64,000 bases of DNA from Balanoglossus misakiensis (lineage: Eukaryota; Animalia; Hemichordata), in the NCBI GenBank assembly GCA_040954595.2, contig CM082591.2, positions 2,627,258-2,691,257 of the forward strand, given 5' to 3'. Below are positions 1 through 15,800 of the stretch, piece by piece (the stretch's first letter is position 1; each line of letters opens with the position of its first letter). Made by a program: the position numbers and the translations under genes. The notes under the pieces were generated by a model, which was not told the origin of the DNA, ran no database searches, and saw nothing but the letters and a program-made list of their open reading frames with translations.

Positions 1-1834
1 ATCATAAATTTCATGTCAGTAAACATGTTTGGACAGGTTGTGAACTTTGTGTCACACAGAGCAAAGACTGAGTTGCCTCTAGTCAAAAACAATCCACCAG
101 CAATTGTACACAATACCGCATACCATCATTCACTTGCGAAACCAAACCACCTTCTGATTGAGTCTCGCGGATTTCCAGAAGGACGTCTTATCATGCTCAG
201 GGTCGCCTGGCAACCTGTGAGACATATTGTACGTGAGAAGTCTTGCATTAATTCCACCTTGAAGAAAGTTAAACCGATCTAGAAGGAGCGACGGCCTTCC
301 TCCAGGTAAGGCGTGTCCTTGAAAGAAATCCGAGATTAAATAACAAAATCTGAAAATTTACAACCGTAATGATAATTAAATCCTTTTTCCTTGGGCATGC
401 TAAATTAATCATGCTTATGTTATACATGGAAGTACATCGTATATCACACGCTCGTGCAGTTACATGTACAGTTCTTGATGACAGTAATTCACTCATTTTT
501 TGGCACTTGACCGAAGGTTTGTGTATTTGAAGTTAGGTAAGGAGACAAGTCCGGTAGTCTACTGTTAAAAGTATATATTATAAGTTACATTTTGTGTGTG
601 TGATGAGGAAAAAAAGATTTGATATATAATGTTTTACTAATGGGACTCAAACCTATTGGGTGTACATGCATGTATATAGTGGTATGTCATTGTTTGGTTT
701 GTATACATTGTTCTTCTGTGAGGAACTTGGCCTTCTGAATACCAATAGAACTTGTGGTATGTACATACAAAGAATTCACCTTGCCCGTTATGATTAAACA
801 GGATTACCGCACATGGGCCATGCTTATTTGCATGTTTAGGGGCATTGTATGTTAATGGTTATAGCTCTTTTCTGAAACTGTAGGGCGATAAACTTGGATT
901 ACAGATGGTGTTGGTGCAATATATCTGGCCATGCGTTCGGTTCTGTTTTCTATCACTTGTCAGGTCTTGTATTTATAACAATTAACTAGGCCTAACCATC
1001 CTTTTATTCTGGGCAATGATTCGTGTACAGAAAGTAGAAAATAAAACACCAGAGATCTCTCATTTTGGCTTGTATTTTAGACACATTCATAGAGAAATGT
1101 TTATTCAAGACAACACCTTGTAAATATTGCAAGAGTCTGGAATGTAAACATTCTTGTAGAGGACGTATTATTATGCGTGCATGTGATATGTTAGTATTTA
1201 AAATTCTTGCTTGATGATGTAACCCTCTTTTAAATAAGTCCTCGAGGCCTGATTGATTTAACCATGAAAGTTGTTCTAATGTTTTAATTGTATCAGATGA
1301 GAATACTTTGCTGAACAAGCCAGTGGGTGATCCAAATGGTATTGTCGGGTGTTTGAAAACTTTATCCAGCCTTTCAAGAGCTACGGCGAATCACAATAGA
1401 ATCTGATACCTTAGAGCTGGATATGTTGTGCCTTGGCAGATATACGCGAGACACAGTTTGCATTGACACTTACACGTGTATACATTGCAGGGTTGTGATA
1501 GGTTAGAGGTCTCGGCATTTCTGACCGTGCGTTGATACGAACAGGAACAGCGGGTTTCCCATCGCAACTTTTCAGTTTCTGCAGTAACTGCAGTGTAAAG
1601 TTTGCCGAAGTTTTGAGTCGCAGTGCCTTGGGTCGTCCAATTTTCTTGTGGCAAGAGTTGTCATCTGGATAGGGTGTAGTGGATTTTTGCACACAACACC
1701 CTCACTTCCGTGTGGAGCCATTGTTTGCCAAGCGCTAAACCGGTGCAAGGTCTGTCCAGCCAAAAGCTTCTCAAAGGTGATTATCCCATGTACATGTGTC
1801 GATGCAGCTGCAATAGATTGGAAGACCAAAAAAC

Positions 1835-2025
1835 ATGTATGTATGTATGTATGTATGTATGTATGTATGTATGTATGTATGTATGTATGTATGTATGTAT
1901 GTATGTATGTATGTATGTATGTATGTATGTATGTATGTATGTATGTATGTATGTATTACATACATGTATGTATGTATTACATACATGTATGTATGTATGT
2001 ATTACATACATGCATGTACATGTAC
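1835..2025. repeat. (TATG)n microsatellite, about 30 perfect units (1835-1956), followed by palindromic TACATACATGTATGTA derivatives
   Basis: Read directly from the sequence; it explains the MYVC/YIHT ORFs. Confidence 0.98.
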
Positions 2026-5000
2026 ACATTATATGTAGATTTTACATGCATAGAGGCAAACTCCATCAGATAAGCATATTTACAGTGCATTCCCTAAAGA
2101 GGCACAGTGCAGATCAATGTTAATCAACAGGGGCCAATTCAGATAAGATTTTCTATTGCTTTTGGTAATTACTGCAGACTACCCTTCTGTTCCTAACAAA
2201 GGACTAATGGCAGTTTAGGCGCATTGAGTAAGTATTTTGTTCGTTTCCGTAAAACCACTGCGCTCACATGTTTTCAAAGTTATTTTTTGTTGGAACATTT
2301 TTATGTTTTACTAAGTAGGAATGTCCTGGTTGCTAATTCTCTGTCCGTGTCGAGAAGGAAGCTTGTTTGATGTGTTGTTACATGCCCGCACCATGTACCA
2401 CAGAAAGGTCAGATTTAAAAAAAATGCTTGGTATCATTTTGACCTTTCACATACATGTTTAGCCTTCAGTGTAGGACTTTTCATATTGTGGCAAAACAAA
2501 ACCCCACAAAAAAACAATTACAGTCTCATAAAATGTACATTTAATTTTTTAGGATTTGTAGACTCAGAATTGAGCACACTATTTAATTTAACGTTTATGA
2601 AAAATAAACATGTAAAATGTTTTCATAGCATCTATTATCAATGTTGAAATTACGGATTTCCTGCCTTAGAAAATGGTGCAATATAATATTATCTTGGGGT
2701 ACCGCACTCAAGAACCTTGTATTCATATAATACACCCACTATTTATACAAGTGCATTACACAGGAGTTGAGTTACATAATTCCATTCTGAGTTAATAATA
2801 TCATCTTCAGATCAAATTTTAAAATATTAAGAGGATTGAAGATTAGTTTTCTTTTCATCAACCAATCTAGTCAGCCACTAATACATGTATTTTCCAAAGA
2901 GGTCATCCGATAAGTGATTTTATGTATTTTCCAATCATCCTTACATGAATTTTCAGGTCGCAGTAAAATTGTAATAAAAATGCCATGTAGTCATAAAGTC
3001 TGACCTGTCATACAAATGTAAAAAAAATATGTTCATATTTACAACAAAAATGTGGGTGTTTTTCAGTAGAAGGTATGTGTGTTTGTACATACATGTATGG
3101 TAATACGAAATTTATACAAAGAAATATAATGTCTATAATTCCCCATGCCTGGGGCCCCTATTCATTTGTATAAAACCTTTGCTATCAGCAGATGTAATCA
3201 TTTAAGTACAGTTTGTGTACTTAAAAACTATCATATGCCATTAGAGTTGATTGATTCTGTTTTTATGCCTTTGTTAATCAAATTTGCAAGCGCAATCGTC
3301 AAAATAAATAGGGATTTTATATATAAGGACACCATACGCTTGCCAGAATGTACCTGTCCCAGAAACTAAACTGGCATTTACGTAAACAAAATGTAAGGTT
3401 ACTGTGGTTATACTCAAAGGACAAGGTTCACAGTTTAGACATCATTAGGTACATAAACAGTTATTGATTGTGCTACAGTGTAAAGTATGTTGCACCACTT
3501 GTTTCTGAAACCGCTGTCTTGTACTGGTACACTATAGGATCAGGTCAGTAATACTTGTAGATATTGCGAAATAATTCAGCGATTATATTTTTTAACATAA
3601 AACCCCCAAAATATAATATGTATTATACTAGTGAATCTTTGAAATGTGCATAAAAGGAAAATTTATGTTTCGCTCCAATCCTCAACATAGTTTGAATTCT
3701 CACATGATAAAAAAACTCAATGTCTAAATGATTGTGATTATGTCCCATGATGTGGTTGTTTTCACATAGAAATATCCCTGGAATTTCTTGCCATTTCTAT
3801 TAATTTTCGCCTTTGTCTGCCGCAACCAAACAATCATAACATTCAGTAGGCAATAGCCATTCTTTATCATCTTGAGCATTGAAATATTCATTCAGGGAAT
3901 TTACTCAGTGAGACAAAACATTCACTTTCAAGTAATGAGCATGATGTCTTGATTTATGGCCAGATAAAGTGGCTATTTTTCGCATTAATTTGGTCTGTTT
4001 CGATTGATGAGACCAATGATTAATAGTCTCCTTTACATCAGAAATTTGCGTCGAAGTCTTTGTAATACATGCATACGTAACTTGGACACACTGTGATAAT
4101 AGGATTCAACATATTTTAATACGCTACGCAACCATTTTGAGTGCATTTAATTATCTGCCCTGAGGCAAGTCAATTCACAAGGCATGTATGGATCCATTGC
4201 AAAAACGTCAGCCACTCATTCCTGGGTAGGGGAAGATAAATGGAAATCTATTTGCATACATGTAAATTTATGCTAATAAATTGTAGAATATTGTAAAGAC
4301 TAACAATGTATATATTTAAGTTTATGCCCTGCCCCATTAAGCCAAACAAGAAACCATTCTTGATACCCAATAAAATTCTGAAAAAAGTTACAGATTGTGG
4401 ACTTTGGAACATTTATGTTTGAAAATTATCATATCTAGCTAGGGTCTTGTACCATTCATGAGCTGAGAGTGTATGTATGCAAAAATTCCCAGGGTAAATG
4501 ATTACTTTCACTTTATGAATAGGGATATAAGCAACAGAAGTAGGTTTGAATGACCTGTCCATAATGCTGTATATTTGTATTTCTGTTACCACCACTCAAA
4601 ACTTTGGGAAAAAGCCCTGATCCACTTTGGCGTAATTACGTTAATACTTGTGGTGGGATTTTGACTCTAAATGAACCAATCGACACATAATTCATTTTAA
4701 TGACCCATTCGTGCCTGAACTCTGATTACTGCTAATTTACTAGCTCTTTCATTCAGAGTTGTTATTTCCGGGAACAAATTTATATAACTTGTGTGAGGCT
4801 ACGAGGTTGGTGTACTTTGGGGGAAAAGAGATCAACTAAATAGGTCAAGTGTAATCAGAACTGTCATATCTGTACTCTTCAATCGGCTCAGTGATTCTGT
4901 TAATTTCAGAACAGGGCGATACATGCCACATCATGTGTCGTGTACTTTGCAAATCTAGTGGGTATGAGATATGAATGTTTATGATCGACGTCACTCTAAC

Positions 5001-6734
5001 TACGGCAAGTATCTGTGTCAAGGCTGTGCTTTATGGCATAATTTTAAGCCGCAAACAGCAACCTGAGAGCAGTTTTTAAAACTTGATTGAATCTTCACTC
5101 CAGGCACAACAACAAATAAGACGCAATAAAATCTATTGAGTTGTTTATGTCCGTTTCTCTCAAAGAATATATGCAATTAAAATGCAGAGTATTACCCAGA
5201 GGCATAGTGGTAATGGAGATTTCTATAATTCAGTGTATGACCTCAGTGCATTTAACTTTATATTTGATTGTTTATCTATTCTCTTTGACAGAGGTCATGA
5301 AATTTCCCGTCCTTAGGGGCCACGTCTGCTGACGGTAATAAGGACATGCTGTGACAGTTTAGTGAATTAATTGTAACCATCTAATCTGGCCGGAAATGCC
5401 GTCGGTGTTTCAGTGAAACATTACAGGATCAAGAATTAGTTTTCAAGTTGCTAGCACTGGCCTAACAATGGGTTGGCTCAGTGTTAGCTCATTGCCATGA
5501 TTGTTTGAGTTGCTTGTCTGATTGTTTGTGTATTTGTATGCAAATGAGAGTTGCTAAGTTTGCTTTAATTAAAACTGGGTTGGCCTTTGAGTTAATGGCC
5601 TTTTAGCAGTTTTTATCCAAACCTGATTTGAACTTGAAGATAGTGCGTATTATTAAAACCACATACACACATGTAAACACATTGACTTTGTTATTTAACC
5701 AACGTGTCAGGGAAAAATCTTATCAACGTGATACATCTGACAGTTGATTCAGAAATTTTATAATGAAGTTGACAACTATTCATCCCTTGAATGCTCATTT
5801 CATTATAATGAAATCAAACAACTTGCCAGGATTTCAGATCTGTTGTACATATATCATGTGACTGTCATCCTTATTCAAGGGTAGTCAATCGCTAAAAATA
5901 AACATCTAATCAGCAAAAAGGGTAGAGATATTATAACCTTGCTTGTGTTAGATTTCTAGCACTTAATTCCACGTAATATGTGTGTTTGAACCCTTTACAG
6001 AATGACCCTTGACACTCATTAATGATGATTGACAAGCAAGGCCAGAGACAGCAGTGTATACATGCCTAACAACTTGCTTGCTTAGAGACATCTTGTGTCT
6101 GATACAACATTCCTTTTTGCATCATTTGGCAGGAAACTCTGTTCCCCCACCCTTGACCTCTGACTTAGTAACCAGATTTTGTTTGTTGAAAAATAAGAAC
6201 TGATGTACAGCTGTATATGTATAAAACTTCATTTGGTGCAAATCACACAAAGCTGTCCATTGTAGCAATATAAAACGTCCTCCAACCCATATGCTGTGCA
6301 CATGTAAATAATACCTCAAGTCAGTTCACACGCTCGTGATGTTAAAGTGTTGGGGTTCAGTGAAACTCCACTGGGCCAGAACCTACTAAACTAGGGTTGT
6401 ACAAACCTTGCAACAAACACAGCAAATGTTTTTAATCAAATCATTGCCTATCTTTATGTGCGAACACCAGGGCATTCAATAAAAAGTAATACACTGACTC
6501 GGAGGAGTAGGAAAAAATTTAATGACGTTTTTCATTCGAAATACTTACTTGAACAGGGACATCTGCTCGTCATAAAACGAGGCCATAGCTGTTTCACCCC
6601 ACTTCCCTGTACATACACATAGGTCAATCCTTCAATGGAGAACTATTGAAATGGCCATTGAAAACTATCACGATAATCCACAACACAGAGTGGGGAATGC
6701 CTTGGCTCAATGGGTACATGTACAATGGTGAAGT

Positions 6735-6826
6735 TTAACCCTTTCACCCCCAATTCCCCCGTGAGGTTCAAAGCTAAGCATTGAAAACAATGGCTTTGGA
6801 CCAAACCATAGTGTTGAAAGGGATAA
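6735..6826 (-). mobile_element. ~85-bp piggyBac-like MITE copy (reverse orientation)
   Basis: TTAACCCTTTCACCCCCAATTCCC...AAAACAATGGCTTTGGACCAAACCATAGTGTTGAAAGGG. Confidence 0.75.
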
Positions 6827-9800
6827 AGTAGAATGTGCCTCTGAGACTGATTTTCAGAAAACTGATAGTCCTCCGAACATGGTGTTCATCTGTTAACATA
6901 TTTTTCTTGCTGTCTTATCGCTCTGTAGGTTTCTGTCCTGGAAAAAGATTACAAGACATCAAGCCTGTAATCAGTGGAAAGTTCAATAAAGATATTATTC
7001 TGCATGTGTTTTGCTTTACTCCTGTGGACAACATCCCAAGCAAGATTTCAGTCTTTATTTGGTGAGTACTTTTTGAACTTATACATTGTAAGTGTAAGTA
7101 AAGTGGTTTATATCCACCATTTATCCCTGTTTCTCAATTTAAATATCATGTGATGTGCCACAATATTATAAGGAATGCAACCTGAATGGTGACCCATAAC
7201 AAAGAAATCACCCAAACGGAACATAAAGAATGTTTCCTGTATGGAAAGGAATGTTTCAGGACACAATTTGAACACAACCCTTCATAGAATATCATCTGAA
7301 ACACCCTCAAAAATTCCCCTATTAGAGTTGTAGTAAAGAGAAAAATCAGGGGGTAGCTGATAAGAAAAAAAGGGCAAAGTATCCAGATTATTTGCCTGCT
7401 ATACTAGCTGGCTCTTTATCTGCAACACTGCACATGTATTCAAAAGTACAAGATCAAGATAGGTGACTATAGTGATGATGTTGACAGCGTGCATACATCC
7501 ACAATATGGTAATAGATCAGTTGTATTTGACGATAACTGCCATAATCTCTGTCAAGCTGTATTTGTCATATTGCTGAGGTGCAATACTACATGAATCAGT
7601 TCTTGAAAGCTGGCAATTGTAACTATGACCCATCATGTGTTTATCTGACAATAACCTACAGTAGCATTGAACTTCAAATGGATGTTTGGTGCTACACATT
7701 TTAGCACTTACAGGACTTCCTGTTTCAAATGAAAGCACTAGCAAACATGTCAATGAACCCTTAGGGTCTTGGTGAATGAGGCCTTCAGTGTGCTCAGGGG
7801 AGAACCATGCTGTAACATGAAGATGTTGGGGTTAACATGAAATCCTAGAATCATAGACAGGCTTACCACAGAGGGCAGGTTGGCGAAACAGTTTACCAAT
7901 GAATACAAAGAGAATTTTTCTCGTTGAAAGCTGAAACGAGTTGGGTAGATGATGAGAAACCGAGAATGAGAAAATGTTGGTGTATAGGAATGGAGTGATA
8001 CCATTCAGGATCACGACTGATTGAGGGGTGGAGGCAAATGATACTAGAAGTAAATTCTTCAATTATTTGTCAGACTCAACGGAATATCATCTCGGGCAAA
8101 TACTTGATTCTTTCAGTGTGAATGATACAGTTTCCCTCCCAGACTTTGAGTTATTTGTGTGTGCGCACATACATTTCCCCAGGCAGGGTTTTAAATTTAC
8201 TTCAGCGCGCATTACTGTCTGTCTGGTGGCATACAAAAAATGGAGTGTTTGCGTGACTGAATCAACAAAGGGGGATACAGCATCCTTGGTAGGTGTTCTG
8301 ACGTTATACCGAGGATCTGCTAGTACACTTATTTAAATTGTAAACTCCGGGGCGAACATCTGTATGCTGTGCGGATTAAGATACCTTCTTTGTTGACTGG
8401 CCTTCATGCTATGGTGATTTACAGTCAGAATCACATGTACATGATGTAGTCTTTGTCTCGTCGTTTTCCATATGAACCATATGATCTGGATGTATAAATA
8501 ATCCACGTTTGTGTACCAGCATTTTTCATATCGCCGTCAGACCTTCGCTTTTCCATCTCTTTCATTTGATGTATCGCGCTGATCCCTTCGGAAACAAACT
8601 AATCAAAAATGTAGATGTATAAATAATTTCATATTTTTAAAATTGCATGACAATTTTGCTTTCTTCTCAAATTGAATATGTTTATAAAAAAAATGTTACT
8701 GATTCAATATCAAGAAGGACCACCACCTGAAAATGTCAGTCAGTTTAAAATGCTTTATCTAGAAATGAAATTGATGGAAAGGTATAATTTGCCCAATTTT
8801 CAGCATCTCTTCCATAAATTGATCATTATTTTTTTTCTCATGTCTTTCTCTTTTGAATGACATTAAACTTTCTGTCTCTAAGCAAACATGCGTTAACAGT
8901 TTTAAATTGAAATGAAATCTGAACAAAACATGCCGTGTATGTCGCCAGTTTCTGAGAAATTCCATTATTTCATTTATGAAGGTCTGTGTTTATTACTCCC
9001 TTATTGCCCCTCCTAACAAAGACATATAATGCATGGAACTTCTTTTGGAGACCGGAAGTATTCAGGGATGTCGTCGTATGAATGATGTTAGGATAAAGAG
9101 TACTTTGTATCGCAGGCGGAGAATATAATATGTGCATTGCTAATGAATGAGGGGATTATATATTGGTTGCGAATGTCGCTTATTAAGTATATGTTAAAAA
9201 GGCAAAAATAATTCATGTGTTACCAGCCTCTGGTTCTATGATAGGCAAACCTGTCACCATAGCAAACATCATATTTTATTAAGTGGTTTGAATTCCATTT
9301 ACAAGTACAGTGCAGCATTTATCGGATGTAATCTGCGGGTTAGAGTAGATAACTCCATAGTACTGAGCGATTGATAGAAGAACTGACTACAGTCGTCCTG
9401 CACGTACAGTGTTATATGTCGCGCAGAAACTGAAAAAGATACGAACATTCACAGACCATGTACCCGGTTCTGGAGTCCGCGACAGTAAGTGGTTCAAGCA
9501 TTCTATTTCAATTTAGGCACCCCCTTTGTCCAAACACCGGGTATTTTGCATTGTGATTTCCACCTTGCCTGTCAATGCGTATTACGTGCACTTTATATAT
9601 TGGATAAAGAACGATGTTGGTCGTCTTCCAGTTTAATAGTACACTGCAGCTTTTCAAACACCAACTCATTAAATTTCTCATTAACTATGCATGTAAATCA
9701 CGCGTTAAGAGACAACTCGCGTTAGTGTAATTTGATGAAGCTCTCTTTTTAACTCAAGAACGGATTTTCAGTTTTATTGCGAAGGTGATGCTGATCTCAC

Positions 9801-12800
9801 TTACACATTTCTTTGTGAAGCCCTGTCATTAATTATTCACTAGTTACTTAAATACCAATGGTTTTTATTTTCATAATTATGAACATACAGGTCTAATGGT
9901 CTCCTAAAAGCACATATGTACACAATTTAATGTTTCTATGTGCAATTGTTGTTTATTTTTCAGTGACCTGCCCGATGGCTGTGAATAATATCTATCAAAG
10001 CTGTATAATATGATATAAGCGCATTAAATGCCGTTAGAGTAATTCATTGCCAAATACCTGTATACATGTAAACACATCTTCTGTGCAACTCTCTCTCTAC
10101 ATATTATTAATGTATGCTAAACGTTAACAAAGGCATGTACAAATCTTTTGGAATCTCCTCATGACACATTGTACCCACACACACACACATGAAGTTAATC
10201 CTAGATATGCAAAAAGTAACGCGTTATTGGGTTTGAACCTTGAGAATGACCTTGGGAGGAAATGAGGTTTAGATTCACTCCTATCTGGGTTAGATGTTTT
10301 CATTTGAGCATCGAGCAACCGCAGGAAATTGGTGAAATTGCCACTGACGCCCATTGTGTCTGTGTGAATAACATATTCAAGTTCAAAACGGCTTTGTCAG
10401 TCTTCGCAAATGTGGAAATTCATAAACTAATGCATTTGCATTAGTGCATTGTACAAGTGTGTTTGCATTGATTTTTTCCAAGCAGAATGTACACGAAAAT
10501 GTGGCAATTTAATATCTGAATCAAGCGTCTGCTTGGAGTGTTTAAATAGAAACCCATACATTTCGTACTGCTATATTCAGGAAAAACAAACAGTGGATGG
10601 TCTAGAGTTTAAACTCCTGGTCCTTTTGATCATTTATCTTCAGAAAAAAGTGAAAAATACATGTAACATAGGTATTTTGAGTTTAGCTGGGTCAGATTGA
10701 AAGTGTCCTTGTTGTAGAAGTAATTAAAAAAAAATCATTAATATTTAGATTGGAAGCATGTTCTGATATTAAAAATAATGTTTCTGTTTATAGGATCTGT
10801 TGAGTGAATGCGACAGTTGAATTGTTAATATGCAACCTTTAATAGATGAAATTAGGATGTAAAGGAATTTTTTGATAAGTTATCAAAGAAGAAGAAAAAA
10901 ATTAAATGGATTTCATTTCGCGGCAAAATTCAAAAATAAACCACTGTACTGCCCTGAACAAAAACACTGAACTATTTATTTTAATTTCCCAATGATCATT
11001 CATTGAATAAAAATACAACAATGTATGCAATGACTCATCCTGTACAGGAGAGTGTTACCAGTTCTGATTGGAATCATACATGTAGTCAATTTATAACCAT
11101 AAAATACTCTCGATCTTGCAAGTTGTATAAACAGGATTACAGGGACAGATTGTGAGTTCCAGAGATTTGTGTTTTATCAGAAAGAGGAACATTCGCCATC
11201 AGTTGATCAGGATAAGAGAGTCGAGAGGTTCGTTTACTGTCTGGAAATGCAATCGAAACATTAGCGATGATCAACGGCTAAACAATTATGCTTCAGTTAT
11301 TGTACCAATCCTTTTAAGGGCACTGTCTCGATTGAAAGTAATATTGAGAATATGAGTCACGCTAATGCCCCCTCTGAAAATAATGGCTTTTATCTTTGAA
11401 ACCTGAGGTACTATAGCCAATGAAAGATTGATCACATTGTCAGGGGCTTTTTCAACTTCCCTTTAAATTACACATGTTCTATTATAAAATGAAAAGTCAC
11501 ATTACATCGGTAATCCATTCAATTCTTCGATGTGAGTGACACAGTTTGAAATATTCACCAGCCTGCTGAATGTATATTATTTTCAATTTCGCTTAGTGTT
11601 TAAGGCGATTTAAATTTCCTTTCTTTAAGAAAATTTAAGTAGTTCTAATCAATAATTAAGTTATACTCAACATTTCTTAGTTTTGTATTTATGCCTCTCA
11701 AGTCTGTTAATGTTGAATTTAAAGTGAGACATACGCATCTGCACATCGGTCTGTGCAATCAATCTTCTGTATTATCACTTGACACAATGTTACACGTATC
11801 AGCAGTTGTTCTGAATCACATGTCAGATAATATGAAGAACATCCATTTAATTCTATTTCGTAATTGATTTTTTTTGGACAGACTCAACAACTGGGCTGTG
11901 TTCATGCATATGATTTTTTCCCCTATTTACAGTTTAGTGCGTGTGGAATGTGCAAGATGCATTGCTGTTAATGATGATTTCTGGAATGTCTATTAAGTCA
12001 CAGTGGCATGATCACATTGTGCACAATGGATGTTTATTCAGTCTCTGTAGTCTCCTCCTCTGTGAAGTGACTCTCCATTGAATCACATCATCTCTAAAGT
12101 ATGCAAGATTTATTCAAAGCATATGAACTACATCTCGTTAATTTTTATTTTTCATGAAAATATTCCAACACACACTGATTAAATATTATATCAGTTGGTA
12201 ATCAGTTTTCAGAACTTTCGATATTTACTTAAATTTTGATATTTTTATTGTGTGGGGGAAGTTTTTACATTTGAACATTTAAAATTTCATTTGACTTTTG
12301 TGTAATTGCCAGTGTGTGCAAGCCATGTGAAGATGTATTGTCACATACACCTGCTCTCACACAGTCAGATGTTACGTACTCGTACTTGTAACATAAATAA
12401 ATAATCACACCCATCCATATTCCACAAAAAAATCATAGATCAAATATCTTATTAACATCGGCCAGTTGCAGTGAGAAATGCATACAGCACAGCACAAAAC
12501 TAAAACTAATAAGTACACTGAACAAAATCAAATCAGTGAGATATGTGAACCGTCATCAAAAAGATCAAGAAATGACATTTTTTCTGCAGATTGATAAACA
12601 GTAATCATGACACTTTGGAAGACCAGTAAACTGGGCACACCATCAATCAATGATAAATTACGTCAAACAGTTTTTCAAAATGTCAAGTTAAGTAATTTCT
12701 GCTGCCAATTGCTCAACTCAATGGACCATGCCAAAACTAGTGAAATCATCAATCGATAGATGTCAACTTACACCCTACATGTATATGGGATTGGAAATAA

Positions 12801-15800
12801 ATCTCTGACTTGGGAGAATGATCATAGTGGGTAAATTTGACCCCATGTGCTTCTGTGACCTCTAACACTTTCCATCCACTCTTATCAAAATGTGCCAGTG
12901 AAATATATCTGTGCCCCATGTAAGTAATTAATCATGTTTTGAAACTTAATGAACACATGTAGCGTGTGTAATAAAATGCTTATAAATATTCTCAGTACAA
13001 AAATAATACAAATTGTAGCCCTAGGAGAAAAAACAAACGTAAATTTAAACCTGCATAAAAGATAGTGGCTGAAGTTATAGCTCCCTGCAGTGCTCTTTTA
13101 TCATTAATGATAAATATGCAAAACTACTCAACAGATGTCCATATAGCTTGTGCTTTTGAAATTGAACATACATGTATCAAAAGTATGCAGGCCATATGTC
13201 TTTAGACGGGAACCTGGCTTGTACATATATTCTCATTCTGATTGATACATGTTATGACAAGTACCTGGTACTACATGTAGCTGGTGAGTCCTTATTCTGT
13301 TCAAAATTACCTTTATGATGAGTAACAGGCAGGTGATTCCCAACTATTACATGTACAGTATTAAGGCCAGTTTAAGTAAATTATCTATTTTGCGTCCACT
13401 CTGAACTTTGAAAGGCAGGCAGGTAAGTGGTTACACACGCACGGAAAATGTAAAGAGCACAAATTCAATTATACCGGCACATGGTACGGAGCAGCTGGCT
13501 GTGGGTCAATCCATGAATATGAAACCATGGAAATTTCATCCGGCGAGACCTTTCCTAAACACAAAACACATGTACATGTCACAATGGGTAGGTTGGCACA
13601 AAACCTCGCAATGAAGAAAGGAAAATGTGCGAGAAAAATAAAAGTAAAGCATTCCTCTGTAACTTAGTGCTACACATACATGTGTTTTTGATAGAATATC
13701 AATATTTTATTATTGTATCTTAAGTTGTAGTGTTATTTTATGTCGACTAGTACTTATCGTTAATGCAGTCACCATTCATTAAACTCATATCGGCACAAAT
13801 GTAATCGTTCATGTTTAACAGATAGCAGATACACCTGTATCAGATGGTCTTGTTTATGTTATCTTACATGTACTATGTGGAAACCCCTGTAAATCATGGC
13901 CATGTTTTACTTCAAGGTATTGGATGGAATTTCAGAGAACTTGTTAATGTAGTCATTATTCCACACGCCACCGCTGTCAAATGATCATAATTTGGCATGC
14001 AGTTAATCAAAATTGCTGAGACTGGTTAGAAAAAAAAGTTCTACATTGAAATTCTTTGAACGTACAGTATGTTGAAATTTAAAAGAACCTGAATCAGTTA
14101 CCTGATTTTGTATTATATTTGATGAAGCAATTAGACGGCATCTGTATTAGTTGAATACAGATTGGTAGCCCTTTATGAAATACATTCATCATCGGGTTAT
14201 AAATGATGCACTTTTGAAATGGCGTTTTAGAGAAAAATTCGTGATCATCCATCAACTGACAGAAACGCTCTGAAAAGTAATCAGTTTTCACGAGCAATCG
14301 ATTGACATGGTGATTTATTCAGAGATGTGTGTGATTGTTAGATATGCAGAACTTGAAAATCAGCGAGGATGATATCTTAACATATGTCATAGCTTGGTAC
14401 ACTTCCTGGGTTTCATTACCGACTAAATAAACATTGTGTCAAATGCCATGCAAATTTCAGACAAATTTGGCACTAGCCCAATTTTTGAGGCACAATGTAT
14501 CAATTTTGTTGTAAAAGAATAATTTCATACATGTAGGCAATGGATACATTTTGGAGGGGAAGTACAGTGTAGCAATTTTTGGCAAGAACATTTTTTTTTT
14601 GCTGGTAAATGTATCAAACGCATGTATATAGTTAATTAGCATACATGGGTGGCTACTTGTATGATTAGTATTGGCTGGGTAAATAAATATTTATTAAATG
14701 TAATGAAATGCCTGAACACCTGTTCCAATTTTAAGTGCGTAATTTTTAGAAAGTAATTGCCTGAATAGCGAGCATTTCAGCCTCAGGCCAGTCAAATGAA
14801 TGAAGAAAGATTTTGCATGCGGCATGAATTTTTACTTTAAATTATAACATTGCATGTTCTACATGTAGCATTATAAGAATAAACATGTAACTGGTCTTAT
14901 TTCCGATGTAATCCGTCATGAATTCCGTCATATAGCCTGGATATGATGACGGAATTGCTATACTATTCTTTATTTAGCTGACCTTTAATGCAATCACCAT
15001 GATAGAAATGTATGTGACGTATCATGATGGAGTATGGCTAACGTTTACTTTAATTTTAAATATTGCAGACATGCCAATATAAGAACGTTTTAGTATGTTG
15101 ACTCTATTACCGATATTGCCTTTACAACTGGCCTGCCGGCATTTGTACTAACCAATCAATGTAATGTGGCATTTTAAATATCTGCTGTAATGCTTTCCAG
15201 ATGACAGAAGCATATTCGCCACAAGGTTGCTCGCGATCTTAATTGCTTATCAAGGACATAACACAGCAAATATATGCTCGCATTTTCGCAGATTGTGCTA
15301 TTGTGTTTTTTCAGAAACATGTCAAGTTTTTTTTGTACCAATGATGTTTCTTGATTTTCGCCCAGTATTATGATTGACAACACAACTTGTATATATGCAT
15401 GATTTGCTGTTGGTCTTAATAACTTATTTTATATGGGTACCAGTAAACTGTGTCAATGTTCCAAATCAATTTTATCTATTTCAAAGGCCTCATTACACAC
15501 TAAATTTAGCCCATTGTTGTAATGCACATGTGTTTGTATGGTGGGAAAGTTTCGTCGACATGATAATTTAAAAGACAAGTAAGGTATTCTGTTATCACCA
15601 GGTGGCCTCTCAATGCAACAGCAATTAACCATTCACCGGGACCAGTAAATGTGAAGAGGGTAGTTCATAACCACTAGAGTGAGTTTGTTGTTTAAAATTT
15701 GACGCATCAATAAAAATAAAACAGTTTTTACTGCAAGATATTCCAACTTCACGACAATTATATCAGCCTTTGGCAGAGTATATCAATTGCACTTTGACCA

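Noticed and set aside
1648-2123. ORFs with MYVC/YIHT repeats
   Set aside because: They are translations of the (TATG)n microsatellite, not genes.
7750-8336. Cluster of 76-102-aa ORFs
   Set aside because: No recognisable domain or coherent splice structure.
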